DNA of 64,000 nucleotides, from assembly GCA_963737655.1 (NCBI GenBank), contig CAVTTN010000002.1, positions 3,392,001 to 3,456,000 of the forward strand, read 5' to 3'. This DNA comes from an uncultured Planctomycetota bacterium (GTDB lineage Bacteria > Planctomycetota > Planctomycetia > Isosphaerales > Isosphaeraceae). Shown here piece after piece: positions 19,141 through 28,735 of this stretch (position 1 is the first letter of the stretch; each line of letters begins with the position of its first letter). Position numbers and translations under genes: made by a program. The notes beneath the pieces are model-generated. The model made no database searches. It had not been told where the DNA came from and was given only the letters and a program-made list of their open reading frames with translations.

Positions 19141-19679
19141 AGGACGTTCTTCGCGAACCGCCTCAATTTCTCGGCGAACGCGTCGGCCAGGGCTTCGGGC
19201 TCGGGGAAGAGGCCGGCGGGGCCGGGCCTCAGCGCGAAGGCGCAGGCTTCCTGGCCGAGATTGACCCGTAAGAGCCCCAGGGGCACCGCTCGCATCCGTC
19301 CCGGGGCTTCCAGGACGACCTTCAAGAGGTCGTCATCCTCGGGAGTGATCGGCTCGGGGGTCGCCACCACCACGGTCAGCCCGAGAGAGAGGCCCGCCCC
19401 GCGCTTCACCGGGGGAAATCGGCCGTGCGCGGCCATCGCCACCCTCCGGACCAGCTCGCGATAGCCTCCGCCCGCAATCGTCACGTCCACCGGCTGCCGG
19501 ACCACCGCGACGATCCCCAGGGCCCGCCCCACGATCGGCAGGACGCCCACCTTCACCGGCCTCCGGTAGTATTTCAGGACGTCCAGAGGAGGCGACCGGA
19601 ACTCCTCGCCGTCCTCTTCCGAGGCGCCGAGCGGCCCCATCACCGAATCGATCAGCTCCAGGAGGTCCGAATCGATCAT
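19137..19679 (-). CDS. Hypothetical protein
   Basis: MIDSDLLELIDSV.. with GAGG RBS and typical codon usage. Confidence 0.7.
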   Translation of the reverse strand: MIDSDLLELIDSVMGPLGASEEDGEEFRSPPLDVLKYYRRPVKVGVLPIVGRALGIVAVVRQPVDVTIAGGGYRELVRRVAMAAHGRFPPVKRGAGLSLGLTVVVATPEPITPEDDDLLKVVLEAPGRMRAVPLGLLRVNLGQEACAFALRPGPAGLFPEPEALADAFAEKLRRFAKNVL

Positions 19680-19815
19680 GGACGCCTCGGACGAACAGGG
19701 GACCCATGAAATCCGAACGACTCGGGCGGCCCCTGGCGGCCCTGGATCGGCCTTCGTAGGATAATCGCCGGACGGACCGCTCGGCCATGACCCTCGACCC
19801 TCGAATCGTCCCCGG

Positions 19816-20325
19816 ATGAGCAGAGAGGCCCTCGCCTTGCCCGAACCCGCCAAGCCCGCCTCCGAATCCCGCGTCTCGCTGGCGATCATCACCGATCCCG
19901 GCCAGGCCAACGCGTTCGGGACGATCCACGGAGGCGTGGTCCTCCGCCTGGCCGACGAATGCGGGGCCACGGCCGCCCTGCGCCACTCGGGAGGACGGGT
20001 CATCACCACCGCCGCGATTGATTCGTTCACGTTCCTCGGACCCGTCCACGTCGGCGACCGCCTGGAATTGACCGCCGAGGTCACCCACGTCGGGCGAACT
20101 TCTCTGGAGGCGAAAATCGAGGTCTTCGCCGAGACGATGGCCCATCCGGCGAGGCGAAAAGTCGGGATGGGGTACGGCCTTTACGTGGCCCTGGACGACC
20201 AGGGCAAGCCCTGCCCAGTCCCGCCCTTGCTCTCCTCGACCGACGCCGACCGCCTCCGCGACGCCGAGGCCGAAGCCAGGCAGGCCGTCCGCCTGGCCCA
20301 CCGCGCCCGGGCCCGCCAGGGCTGA
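19816..20325 (+). CDS. Acyl-CoA thioesterase (hotdog fold)
   Basis: ANAFGTIHGG.VL..ADE, FLGPVHVGD, VGRTSLE, YVALDDQGKP. Confidence 0.9.
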   Translation: MSREALALPEPAKPASESRVSLAIITDPGQANAFGTIHGGVVLRLADECGATAALRHSGGRVITTAAIDSFTFLGPVHVGDRLELTAEVTHVGRTSLEAKIEVFAETMAHPARRKVGMGYGLYVALDDQGKPCPVPPLLSSTDADRLRDAEAEARQAVRLAHRARARQG

Positions 20326-20355
20326 TTCCCCTCCTTTCGAGTCGAGGCCATTCCC

Positions 20356-21543
20356 ATGACGCGTCCCATCGTCGCCGGATTGATCGCATGTTGCGCCGCG
20401 ATCGCCGCGGGCCCGGCCCCCGCCCTGAAGGTCGTGGTCCGCAACCCGGGGCCCGCCCTCGGTGAGACCCCGGTCCTCGCCGCCCTGGGTCGCGAGGTCG
20501 AACCCGGGATCTACGGCCTGACCGCCAAGGACGGCTCGCATACGCGGGCGGAAGTCTTCGTGGACGGAAAGACCCTCCACCTTTCCGCCGTATTCGCCGC
20601 CCTGCCGCCCGGCGAGAGCGAATACGACGCGGCGGGGCCCATCCGAATCAAGGGGTTCCCGTCGGTCCAGCTCGAGCGAAAGGGCGTGAGTGTAGACGTG
20701 AACCTGCACCGGGAGCCGTTCACGACCCTCGTCCAGGACCAGGGCGCCAAGCCGTTCCTGTTCCCCATGATCGGCCCGACCGGCAAGCCCATCACTCGCG
20801 CGTTCCCGATGAAAGACGTCCCCGGGGAGGACCGCGACCACCCCCACCAGAGGTCGTTCTGGTTCACCCACGGTAAGGTCAACGGCGTGGACTTCTGGAC
20901 CGAGCAGGGCCCTCACGGGACCATCGTCCCCACCGGCGAGCCTTACTTGCGGTCGGGCTTCACCATGGGCTTCGTCCGAACCCGCGACGACTGGAAGGGG
21001 CCGACCGGGGCGAAGATCCTCGAGGATCAGAGGACGATCCGGGTCTTTGCGACGAAGGCCACGCGCGTCCTCGACTGCGAGTTCACCCTGACGGCCAGCG
21101 AGGGCCCGGTCGAGTTCGGCGAGACGAAGGAGGGGATGTTCGGGCTGCGGGTGGCCTCGTCGATGGACGCCAACCGCAAGCCCGGTGGCAAGATCACCAA
21201 CGCCGAGGGGATCACGGATAAGGACACCTGGGGCAAGCGGTCCGCCTGGGTCGATTACGTCGGGCCGGTCGAGGGGGAGACGGTCGGGATCACGATCCTT
21301 GATCACCCGGAAAACCTCCGCCACCCGACGGCCTGGCACGTCCGCGATTACGGGCTTTTCGCCGCCAACCCGTTCGGAAACAAGGATTTCGGGCTCGAAG
21401 GCCCCGGCGAATTCACCCTCCCCGCCGGCCAATCGCTGACGTTCCGCTACCGGGTGATCCTCCACAGGGGGGACACCGCCTCCGCGAAGCCCGACGAGGC
21501 GTTCCGGCTCTATGCCGATCCGCCGAAGGTGGAGGTCCGCTGA
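20356..21543 (+). CDS. Secreted PmoA-like/DUF6807-type hypothetical protein
   Basis: Signal peptide; DHPHQRSFWFTHG, FGETKEG.FG.RV, DHPEN..HPT.WHVRDYGLFAANPFG. Confidence 0.75.
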   Translation: MTRPIVAGLIACCAAIAAGPAPALKVVVRNPGPALGETPVLAALGREVEPGIYGLTAKDGSHTRAEVFVDGKTLHLSAVFAALPPGESEYDAAGPIRIKGFPSVQLERKGVSVDVNLHREPFTTLVQDQGAKPFLFPMIGPTGKPITRAFPMKDVPGEDRDHPHQRSFWFTHGKVNGVDFWTEQGPHGTIVPTGEPYLRSGFTMGFVRTRDDWKGPTGAKILEDQRTIRVFATKATRVLDCEFTLTASEGPVEFGETKEGMFGLRVASSMDANRKPGGKITNAEGITDKDTWGKRSAWVDYVGPVEGETVGITILDHPENLRHPTAWHVRDYGLFAANPFGNKDFGLEGPGEFTLPAGQSLTFRYRVILHRGDTASAKPDEAFRLYADPPKVEVR

Positions 21544-22127
21544 TCGGCCAGCCCGAGGGGCCGCCCGGGGCTAACCACCCCATCCAGAGGCACGTCATGG
21601 GGCTCGGCGGGCAGCTCGTCCACCCATTGCTCATCGAACGCCAGGGCGATCCTCAAGACGTCGTGCCTCAATCGGGGCAAGAGCCGGTCATAATGCCCGG
21701 CCCCTCGGCCAATCCGGTTCCGGTGGACGTCATAGGCCACCCCGGGGACCAGGACCCAGTCGATCGAATCGACCGGAATGCTTGCTCGTGAGGACGCTGG
21801 TTCGGGGATTCCCAGGGTCCCGGGCCGGAGGTCGCGGTCGGGGTCGTCGATCCGATGGAGTCGAAGCGAATTCGAGCCGCGATCGACCGTCGGGCAGGCC
21901 ACGATTTTCCCCGCCTCCCGGGCGATCTTCAGCATCGGCCTCGTGTCGAACTCCTCGGGGAACGCCGAGGCGTACAGGAGCACGGTCCGGGCCGTCTCGA
22001 ATCCGGGAAGGCCGGGAAACGCCGCGACGAGGGCCAATTCCTGCCGGGTCCGCTCCTCGCTCGCCATCGCGAGGATTCGGGCGATCACGGCCCGGCGAAT
22101 CCGGCGCTTTTCCTGGCGGAGATCCAT
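21510..22127 (-). CDS. 5-formyltetrahydrofolate cyclo-ligase
   Basis: KRRIR, GIPEP, LVPGVAYD..NRIGRGAGHYDRLL, EPHDVPLD. Confidence 0.92.
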   Translation of the reverse strand: MDLRQEKRRIRRAVIARILAMASEERTRQELALVAAFPGLPGFETARTVLLYASAFPEEFDTRPMLKIAREAGKIVACPTVDRGSNSLRLHRIDDPDRDLRPGTLGIPEPASSRASIPVDSIDWVLVPGVAYDVHRNRIGRGAGHYDRLLPRLRHDVLRIALAFDEQWVDELPAEPHDVPLDGVVSPGRPLGLADQRTSTFGGSA

Positions 22128-22149
22128 CGCGACCGGTTCCCGGAAGTGC

Positions 22150-22193
22150 TTTCGGCCCGCCCTCGCCCGGTCAGGGGTGGGAGCGGGCCGAAA
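22150..22193 (-). terminator. Stem-loop between 6S RNA and the cyclo-ligase gene
   Basis: TTTCGGCCCGC ... GCGGGCCGAAA inverted repeat. Confidence 0.55.
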
Positions 22194-22196
22194 ACA

Positions 22197-22358
22197 GAGA
22201 CCTCCACCGCAATGCCGTCCGGGGCGAATTTGGGAACCCGCAGTTCAAGTGGGTACCTAAGGCCGTCTGGCTAGGCCGAGCGGCCGAGATTCGGTCCCCT
22301 ACGGGTTATACGTTGGTTCGCCAAAATGATCACCCTTGCGCGAGCATGGCAGAGGCCG
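22197..22358 (-). ncRNA. ssrS: 6S RNA
   Basis: Directly upstream of the 5-FTHF cyclo-ligase (classic ssrS-ygfA synteny); 5' CCUCUGCC-AUGC pairs with 3' GCAU-GCGGUGGAGG; contains GGUACCCACUUGAAC..GGGUUC and an AU-rich central bubble (GAACCAACGUAUAACCC). Confidence 0.8.
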
Positions 22359-22382
22359 CCCGACCGAGGCCGGACGTCGATT

Positions 22383-22411
22383 AAGATAGCCCCAATCGCC
22401 CTTCAAATCAA
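22383..22411 (-). promoter_or_regulatory. sigma70-type promoter for 6S RNA
   Basis: TTGATT-17 nt-TATCTT on the minus strand. Confidence 0.55.
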
Positions 22412-23193
22412 GCGAAACCGCCCGATTCCGGGACGATCGGCGACTCGCTGCCCTCGCGGAGCAGCCGGATCTGGTCGCGGAGCCTCGCGGCCTCCTCGAA
22501 GTCCTCGCGGGCCACGGCCAGGTCGAGCTGCTGCTCCAGGCGCTCGACCGGCCCCATCGGCCGCTCGCGCTCGACCTGCCGCTTCCAGTTCAGGAGGAAC
22601 GTGAGCTCCTGGCAGTCCCCCTCGCTCTCCTCCTGCTCATAATCGCGGAGGAAGGCGCGGATGCCGGCGACCCCCTCATCGATCCGCTCCAACGCCTTGC
22701 GATGCTCGCCCCGCTCCAGGCTTTCCAGGGCCCGGGCCCGGGCGTTCATCATCGTGACGTAGGGCCGATACTGGTCGAACTGGATGCGGTCGCGAGGCCG
22801 GGCGGCATGCCTCACCACGAACGCGAACAGCCGGAGGTTCCGCGACGTGTCGCGTGCCACCAGGTCATAGCGTTCGAGGTGGAACAGGGCGATGTAGCGG
22901 TGGTAAAACTGGACCCCCTCGCGCATCAGGGCCGAGAGGGCGTCGGAGTCGAGGGTGAAGTCGTCCCCCTCGGAGGCCATCTTGCGGCTCTGGGCTTCCA
23001 GGGAGTCCAGCAGGCTGTCGGCGCCGTCGGGCCTCTGGCCGTCGGGCCGGCCGGACATCTCCATCTGGAGGACCCCGAGATCGATCCTCATCTGGAGCTT
23101 CTCCCGGCCGTCATCCCCCGGGATGATCCGCACCTGGATCTCCTCGGGGTCATGGTCCCAGCCGGCGAGGATCGGTCCGATGTCCTTGCTCAA
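22408..23193 (-). CDS. UvrB/UvrC-motif (UVR domain) protein
   Basis: KLQMRIDLGVLQME..GRPDG; C-terminal LDLAVAREDFEEAARLRDQI; TTG start. Confidence 0.85.
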   Translation of the reverse strand: MSKDIGPILAGWDHDPEEIQVRIIPGDDGREKLQMRIDLGVLQMEMSGRPDGQRPDGADSLLDSLEAQSRKMASEGDDFTLDSDALSALMREGVQFYHRYIALFHLERYDLVARDTSRNLRLFAFVVRHAARPRDRIQFDQYRPYVTMMNARARALESLERGEHRKALERIDEGVAGIRAFLRDYEQEESEGDCQELTFLLNWKRQVERERPMGPVERLEQQLDLAVAREDFEEAARLRDQIRLLREGSESPIVPESGGFA

Positions 23194-23296
23194 GCGTGAA
23201 TCTCCACGAGAGGCGCGTCGTTCGCACCTCCCATGATAGGCTCGCGAGAACGTGACGGCAACGTGAAGGCCGCCTCGCTCGATCGTGAAACCGGCG

Positions 23297-23755
23297 TCAT
23301 CCGCCGAGATCCGGCAGCTCGACCGTCAGGAGGTGCTCGATCGAATACGGGCAACTCGCCGGGAAGGCGGCCTGGTCGAGCCCGGTCTCCGAGGCCGCGA
23401 GCTCGACGGCCCTCGCATACGCCTCCGCCAGGACCGCTTCGGCGTGGGCCCGGAGCACCCCGCTCCCGGCGAGGTCGGCGAGCTCCTGGCGCTGGAGGAG
23501 GATCGTGGTCCGCCAACTTCGCGACCGCTTATCTTCCTGAGATTCCCACTTGAGCAAGTGGGCAAGCAGAATGACCAGGCGGCTCGTGACTTCTCGGCGG
23601 TCGCGACGGGCCATGTCCGTGAGGTACTTGCCCAGGTGGTCCAGGTCCAGGGCCCCGACCTCCTGGCGACGGACCAGGTCGGCCATCGCCTCCAGCCAGG
23701 CCGTCTCGTCCTCCAGGAAAAGGGCGGCCAGGGATTCCGCTGTCTCGACCGCCAT
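23297..23755 (-). CDS. DUF29 family protein
   Basis: DETAWLE, LDLDHL, LLAHLLKW, RSWRTTI..QR, ETGL...FP..CPY. Confidence 0.85.
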   Translation of the reverse strand: MAVETAESLAALFLEDETAWLEAMADLVRRQEVGALDLDHLGKYLTDMARRDRREVTSRLVILLAHLLKWESQEDKRSRSWRTTILLQRQELADLAGSGVLRAHAEAVLAEAYARAVELAASETGLDQAAFPASCPYSIEHLLTVELPDLGG

Positions 23756-23792
23756 CCACGCCTCCTCGCTCCTCGCGGACTCGGTTCGCAAC

Positions 23793-24350
23793 CTATTCAT
23801 ACCAAGAGGCGGGAATCCCGGGAATTCGTGGGCTGGGCTTCGCGTCGGGGATCTCGATCTCCCACAGCGCCCGCTCGATCCGCTCGGCCTGGGGGATGGT
23901 GTCGTACCCGGCGAGGTAAAGCCAGGTCCGCCGACCGCCCCGGGTCCGGATCGTGAGGTCGGCATAGTTGGCATCCGGAGCAAGAGGCCGGTCCGGGTCC
24001 ACGGAGAGGATGCCGCTCCGTTCGATCGTGCCGACCAATTCGTCGAGTTGCTCGGGCTTGAGGATGCCCTCGACGTAATCCTTCCCGGGATTCTCGGGCG
24101 AAAGCACTCGAACGATCCGACCGTCCTGCCAGACGGCGACCCGGACATTGGACCGGGGCTTCCCGCCGAAGTGAGCGTAGCCACGAAATTGAGTGAGGAA
24201 AAGAAAAGGTCGGTCCGGCCCCTGCTCTTCGAAAATGAGAGGGTCGCCCGCCGGTTCGTCCCTCGGCGAAAAACCGAGGCTGCTCCTCCATGCCACATAG
24301 AGAAGGATGACTACGACGCCGATCATCGCGTACGCTTTCTTCTCCGACAT
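23793..24350 (-). CDS. Hypothetical protein with N-terminal TM helix
   Basis: GGAGG RBS, ATG, hydrophobic AMIGVVVILLYVAW. Confidence 0.6.
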   Translation of the reverse strand: MSEKKAYAMIGVVVILLYVAWRSSLGFSPRDEPAGDPLIFEEQGPDRPFLFLTQFRGYAHFGGKPRSNVRVAVWQDGRIVRVLSPENPGKDYVEGILKPEQLDELVGTIERSGILSVDPDRPLAPDANYADLTIRTRGGRRTWLYLAGYDTIPQAERIERALWEIEIPDAKPSPRIPGIPASWYE

Positions 24351-24455
24351 GGCGGCCTCCCGGGCTGTCCAGGAATGACTCGACCCTCCGCCGAGACGGT
24401 GTATAAAACCGCCGCGAGGGAGGGTCGAGTTGGACTCACGGTCGCCGGAGCGATC

Positions 24456-25532
24456 TCAGAGCTCGTTGCCGTCGTGGATCATCGGCTCCAGCTCTTTCGT
24501 GTTCCGCTCGACGGCCAGGACGATCGTCCGTTCCTCGACGCCGTCGGGGCTGGCGGCGACGGCCGGGATGATCTGGCGGGAGTCGGGCAGGCTGAACCGG
24601 ACCGTGAACGTGCCGTCGGGCCGGAGCTGCACGGGCTCTCCCTGGAGAGAGACCTTGGCGTTCGGCTCGGTCGCCCCGTAGACGATCAGCTCGGCGTCGA
24701 TCTCGAAGTGGAACCCCCGGCCCAGGAGGGGCAGGGCGCCGGTGCCGAGGCTCTGCATGGAGAGGCTGTGCATCGGGCGGCGGAGGACCTCCTCAAAAAT
24801 CTCCTTGAGGTCGGTCGAGCCGTTGCCGCCGGACTGGTGGTAGATCTTCTGGTAGTGGTCCTGGACGCTGGACCAGTTCTGGTCGAGGACGTCCGAGGCG
24901 CCGGCCCGGGGGGTGCTCACGACATTGGATCGGGCCAGGACGTAGAACTTGCCTCGGCGGGAGAGGTAGCCGACATCGACGCGGAACGATCTCGGGGGGT
25001 TGACGACGTCGATATACCAGTTGTTGACGCCGCCGTGGATCTCGATGTCGCGGATGTGGCGCTCGCTGGCGGAGGTGGTGTCCTCGCTGGAGACGTCCAT
25101 CAGCCGCAGGATGGGCTTGGCGGCGTGCCAGTCCTGGCCGAGGGCGGCCTGGGCGCGGCCGAGGGTGGCGCGGCTGAGTTCCCAGTAGACGTGGAGCCAG
25201 TAGGGGTCGCGGACCATGCAGATGATCCGGTCCTTGGTGCAGGCGTGGTCGAGCGACTGGGAGGCCCTGGGCAGGGGGGCCAGGGCCCGGGGCGGCGGGC
25301 TCACCGCCGGGCGGGCCTTGCGGTCCGCCTGGGCCTCGGCCGCCTTGCTCACGGCCTTCTCGGGCTCGGCGTCCCGGGCCTTGCTCTTATCCTTCTTCGC
25401 GCCCGGGGGCGGCGGCGTCAGGGCGCGGATGAGTTGATCTTTCCTCATGGCGTGCCAGCCGACGATACCCTGGTCCTTGGCCATCCGCGCCAGAACCTTC
25501 TTATTGCAGTCCTTGAGCGTTTCGACGGTCAT
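24456..25532 (-). CDS. DUF4912 domain protein with Rho-N-like N-terminus
   Basis: AMRKDQLI; VRDPYWLHVYWE, NNWYI, ARSNVVSTP; DAELIVYGATEP. Confidence 0.85.
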   Translation of the reverse strand: MTVETLKDCNKKVLARMAKDQGIVGWHAMRKDQLIRALTPPPPGAKKDKSKARDAEPEKAVSKAAEAQADRKARPAVSPPPRALAPLPRASQSLDHACTKDRIICMVRDPYWLHVYWELSRATLGRAQAALGQDWHAAKPILRLMDVSSEDTTSASERHIRDIEIHGGVNNWYIDVVNPPRSFRVDVGYLSRRGKFYVLARSNVVSTPRAGASDVLDQNWSSVQDHYQKIYHQSGGNGSTDLKEIFEEVLRRPMHSLSMQSLGTGALPLLGRGFHFEIDAELIVYGATEPNAKVSLQGEPVQLRPDGTFTVRFSLPDSRQIIPAVAASPDGVEERTIVLAVERNTKELEPMIHDGNEL

Positions 25533-26034
25533 GCGGGGCCACTCCGTCTCGGCCCGCCAGGCGGCGCGGGCCGGTCGTGCAAGGAACGCGAAGTTCATCC
25601 GTGAGTGGGCCGATCCGAAAGACTCCGTGCCTGACGGACTGCATCGACAATCAGAGCGGAGACCGCGCGTCGGCGACGGTCGCGAGGGGGCTTTCCGGGC
25701 GCAGCCCGGGCGTCGCGGACGGGTCTCGGACGGGGAAACGTCGAGGGCGGCCGTCCCCCCTTCACCTCATGAAGAGAGGGCGCCGCCCCTGCAGACCCCG
25801 TCGCCTGTCCGTCGCCATCCGGCCATCGCCATGTCCCGTCCCCACGCGGTTCGTCCGGGAGACGCAATCACCAGCGTCTTGAGATTTACCAAACCCCGGG
25901 GCCCCTGTCAACCCTCAATCCGCCTTCGGTGTCCGGCTTCGGACAGAATCCCGCCTTCGTGGCGCCTCGGGGCCGGCGGGAGGGCGGGCCGCGGCCGACT
26001 TCGTGAAAAATTTCCCGAGCCGGTGGGTGGGGAG

Positions 26035-26064
26035 TTGACAAGCCGCTCCGGCGCCCGTTACAAC
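26035..26064 (+). promoter_or_regulatory. sigma70-type promoter of the atp operon
   Basis: TTGACA-18 nt-TACAAC; a divergent TTGACA-17-TAAATC lies at 25883-25911 (-). Confidence 0.6.
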
Positions 26065-26145
26065 CTGTTCCTCTCGCGGGGGTGTGCGACGCCCCGCGGC
26101 TCCTCGACCAACGGCCCCAACCCCTCGGACGAAGCGATCCGCACC

Positions 26146-26433
26146 GTGGACCGACCCCCTCCCGGCGACGACCTGTCGCAGGGGATGTACTGGGCCTCCC
26201 GGATCACCACCATCGCCCTGGAGTTCGCCCTGCCGGCGCTCCTGGGGCTGGCGGTCGATCGGTTCGTCTGGAGGTTCTCCCCGGCCGGAGTCCTGCTCGG
26301 GGCGGTCCTGGGGTTCGCCGTCGGGATGATGCACCTGCTGAAGATCGCCCAGGAAAGCCAGGGCCCGGGCCGAGGCCCCCGCCCCCCGAAATCCAGCCCC
26401 CCCGGACCGACCGATCATGGCCGAGCACGATAA
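26146..26433 (+). CDS. AtpZ/AtpI family small membrane protein
   Basis: Two TM helices, LGLAVDRF..SP.GVLLG..LGF; first gene of atp operon. Confidence 0.8.
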   Translation: MDRPPPGDDLSQGMYWASRITTIALEFALPALLGLAVDRFVWRFSPAGVLLGAVLGFAVGMMHLLKIAQESQGPGRGPRPPKSSPPGPTDHGRAR

Positions 26434-27352
26434 CAACCCCCTCAGCCACGTCGTCGATCACTCGACCCTGGAGATCCCATTCACCGGAGGGGAGATCGAC
26501 CTGCCGTTCGGGATCACCCGGTTCATGGTCATGGAGGTGGTCGCGGCGGTCCTGGTGATCCTCGTGGTCGTCCCCCTGGCCCGCCACGTGGCGAAGCACC
26601 GCGTGACCCGCGGCAAGTTCTGGAACATGTTCGAGGCCATCCTCCTGTTCATCCGCGACGGCATCGCCCGACCCGCGATCGACGGCAAGGACCACGGCGA
26701 GCATGGCCACGACGAACACGGCCACGGCCACGACGATCATGGCCACGGCCACGCCCCGAAGGGGGACGAAGGCGGGATGTTCGGCTTTGGCCCCGGCACC
26801 AGCCCCCCGCCGAAGGTGACCCACGGCCGGCTGTCCGACCGCTTCATGCCGTTCCTCTGGACGCTGTTCTTCTTCATCCTGTTCTGCAACCTCCTGGGGA
26901 TGATCCCGGGCGGGGCCTCGGCCACCGGCAACATCGCCGTGACGGGCGTCCTGGCGTTCCTCACGCTCGCGGCGGTGATCACCGCGGGCGTCCAGGCGAT
27001 GGGATTCGCCGGGTTCTGGCTGGGGATCGTCCCGAAAATGGACGTCCCGATCTGGCTCAAGCCCATGCTCTGGGGCATGATGTTCGTCATCGAGATTGCC
27101 GGCCTGTTCATCCGTCACATCGTGCTGTCGGTCCGGTTGTTCGCGAACATGCTGGCCGGTCACATCGTTTTGGCGGTGATCCTCGGGTTCATCGTCCAGG
27201 CGAGCGGGGCGATCACCCTGCTCGTCACCCCGGCGAGCATCATCGGCAGCGTGGCGATCAGCTTGCTGGAGCTGTTCGTGGCATTCTTGCAGGCGTACAT
27301 TTTCACGTTCCTGGCGGCGCTGTTCATCGGCTCGGCGGCCCACCCGCACTGA
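26417..27352 (+). CDS. atpB: ATP synthase Fo subunit a
   Basis: NLLGMIP, ATGNI, LSVRLFANMLAGH, LELFVAFLQAYIF. Confidence 0.97.
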   Translation: MAEHDNNPLSHVVDHSTLEIPFTGGEIDLPFGITRFMVMEVVAAVLVILVVVPLARHVAKHRVTRGKFWNMFEAILLFIRDGIARPAIDGKDHGEHGHDEHGHGHDDHGHGHAPKGDEGGMFGFGPGTSPPPKVTHGRLSDRFMPFLWTLFFFILFCNLLGMIPGGASATGNIAVTGVLAFLTLAAVITAGVQAMGFAGFWLGIVPKMDVPIWLKPMLWGMMFVIEIAGLFIRHIVLSVRLFANMLAGHIVLAVILGFIVQASGAITLLVTPASIIGSVAISLLELFVAFLQAYIFTFLAALFIGSAAHPH

Positions 27353-27494
27353 GCCGAGGTCCGTTCGAGACTGCCGGCGGCCGGGCGATGGGCCCGGCCG
27401 GGGCCACCCTCTCCCCTGGGCGAGACGCAGTTCGTCCCGCCACCCCCCAAGCCCCCGATAGCGATCGAGGGCGAGTTCAGGAGTCGATCGTCCG

Positions 27495-27842
27495 ATGAAA
27501 TTCGTCAAGAGTGCCGCCCTCCTGCTCGGGCTGATCTTCGCCGTCGCCGCCCCGGCGGTCGCCGCCCCGTTCGAGCCCGCGAACGCCGCCGACCAGGCCC
27601 GCGTCGATTACGCCAAGTCGGTCAAGTACCCGTTCTCCGACACCCGGGGGATCGCCGCCGGGCTGGTCATCATCGGCGCGGCGATGGGCATCGGCATGCT
27701 GGCCAAGGCGGCCGTCGAGAGCATGGCCCGCCAGCCCGAGGTCGCCGGGCAGATCAACACCTCGATGATCATCGCCGCGGCCCTGATCGAGGGCGTCACG
27801 TTCTTCGCCCTGATCATCATCATCCTCCAGGGCGCGTTTTGA
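27495..27842 (+). CDS. atpE: ATP synthase Fo subunit c with N-terminal signal-like extension
   Basis: ARQPE loop, ALIEGVTFFAL (carboxylate Glu without the ES/T Na+ motif). Confidence 0.95.
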   Translation: MKFVKSAALLLGLIFAVAAPAVAAPFEPANAADQARVDYAKSVKYPFSDTRGIAAGLVIIGAAMGIGMLAKAAVESMARQPEVAGQINTSMIIAAALIEGVTFFALIIIILQGAF

Positions 27843-27866
27843 CCTCGGCCCTCGACTTCTGCTCCC

Positions 27867-27935
27867 GTCGGGTCCGCTCTCGCGGACCTCTTCGATTCGA
27901 AGAGGATCGAAGAGGTCCGCGAGAGCGGACCCTCC
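27867..27935. repeat. REP doublet, family C (GTAGGGTCCGCTCTTGCGGACC)
   Basis: GTCGGGTCCGCTCTCGCGGACC ... GGTCCGCGAGAGCGGACCCTCC inside the atp operon. Confidence 0.8.
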
Positions 27936-27976
27936 GGGAGACTTCCCCTCCCTGCCCGACTCGAAGGATCAGACCC

Positions 27977-28735
27977 ATGATCCGGACCCTCCAGACGGCG
28001 GTCGGCCTCCTGGCCCTGGCCTTCGCCGTCCTGTCCGCGAACACGACCCCCGCCGCCGAGCCCCAGGCCCAGCCCGGGCCCGGTGCGCCCAAGGCCAAGG
28101 CCGTCTCCCCGGCCGAGACGCCCCAGGAGCTCCTGGCCGACGCCGGAGAGGCCGCCGCCGAGGAGGCCCACGGCCGGGAGGCCCACGATTCCCGGGGCCA
28201 CGCCGAGCCGAACATCCTGGAATTCAAGCCCTCGTTGATGGTCTCGACCCTGATCGTCTTCACCCTCCTCCTCCTGATCCTCTGGCGGTTCGCCTGGGGT
28301 CCGCTGTCGGTGGCCCTGGCCGAGCGCGAGAGGCAGCAGGAAGAGACGATCCGCCAGGCCGAGCTTGCCCGGTCCGAGAGCGAACGGCTGCTGGCCGAGC
28401 ACAGGAAGCAGATGGACGAGACGGCCGAGCAGGTCCGCAAGCTCCTGGAAGAGGCCCGCCGCCAGTCCGACGCCAATGCCCAGACCATCCTCCAGAAAGC
28501 CCAGGCCGAGGCCGAGGCCACCCGCGAACGGGCCGACCGCGAGATCGGATCCGCCCGCGACCAGGCCCTCGCCGAGATCTGGCAGAAGGCCGCCGACCTG
28601 GCGGTTTCCGTCGCCGGCAAGGTGCTCTCCCGAGAGCTTTCGCACGACGATCAGAGGCGGCTGGTCGAGGTCGCCACCCACGAATTGCCCGCCTCTCCGG
28701 CCGGGACCAACGGTCACGGGGGCCACATCGGATGA
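27977..28735 (+). CDS. atpF: ATP synthase Fo subunit b with N-terminal extension
   Basis: TM TLIVFTLLLLILWRFAWGPL followed by coiled coil; ATGA overlap with atpH. Confidence 0.92.
   Translation: MIRTLQTAVGLLALAFAVLSANTTPAAEPQAQPGPGAPKAKAVSPAETPQELLADAGEAAAEEAHGREAHDSRGHAEPNILEFKPSLMVSTLIVFTLLLLILWRFAWGPLSVALAERERQQEETIRQAELARSESERLLAEHRKQMDETAEQVRKLLEEARRQSDANAQTILQKAQAEAEATRERADREIGSARDQALAEIWQKAADLAVSVAGKVLSRELSHDDQRRLVEVATHELPASPAGTNGHGGHIG

Noticed and set aside
20356..21543. Particulate methane monooxygenase
   Set aside because: Soluble secreted protein resembling the misleadingly named PmoA-like family; no pmoC/pmoB and no multi-TM topology
27495..27842. Na+-translocating ATP synthase
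   Set aside because: Subunit c has E-G, not the Q..E-S/T sodium-binding signature
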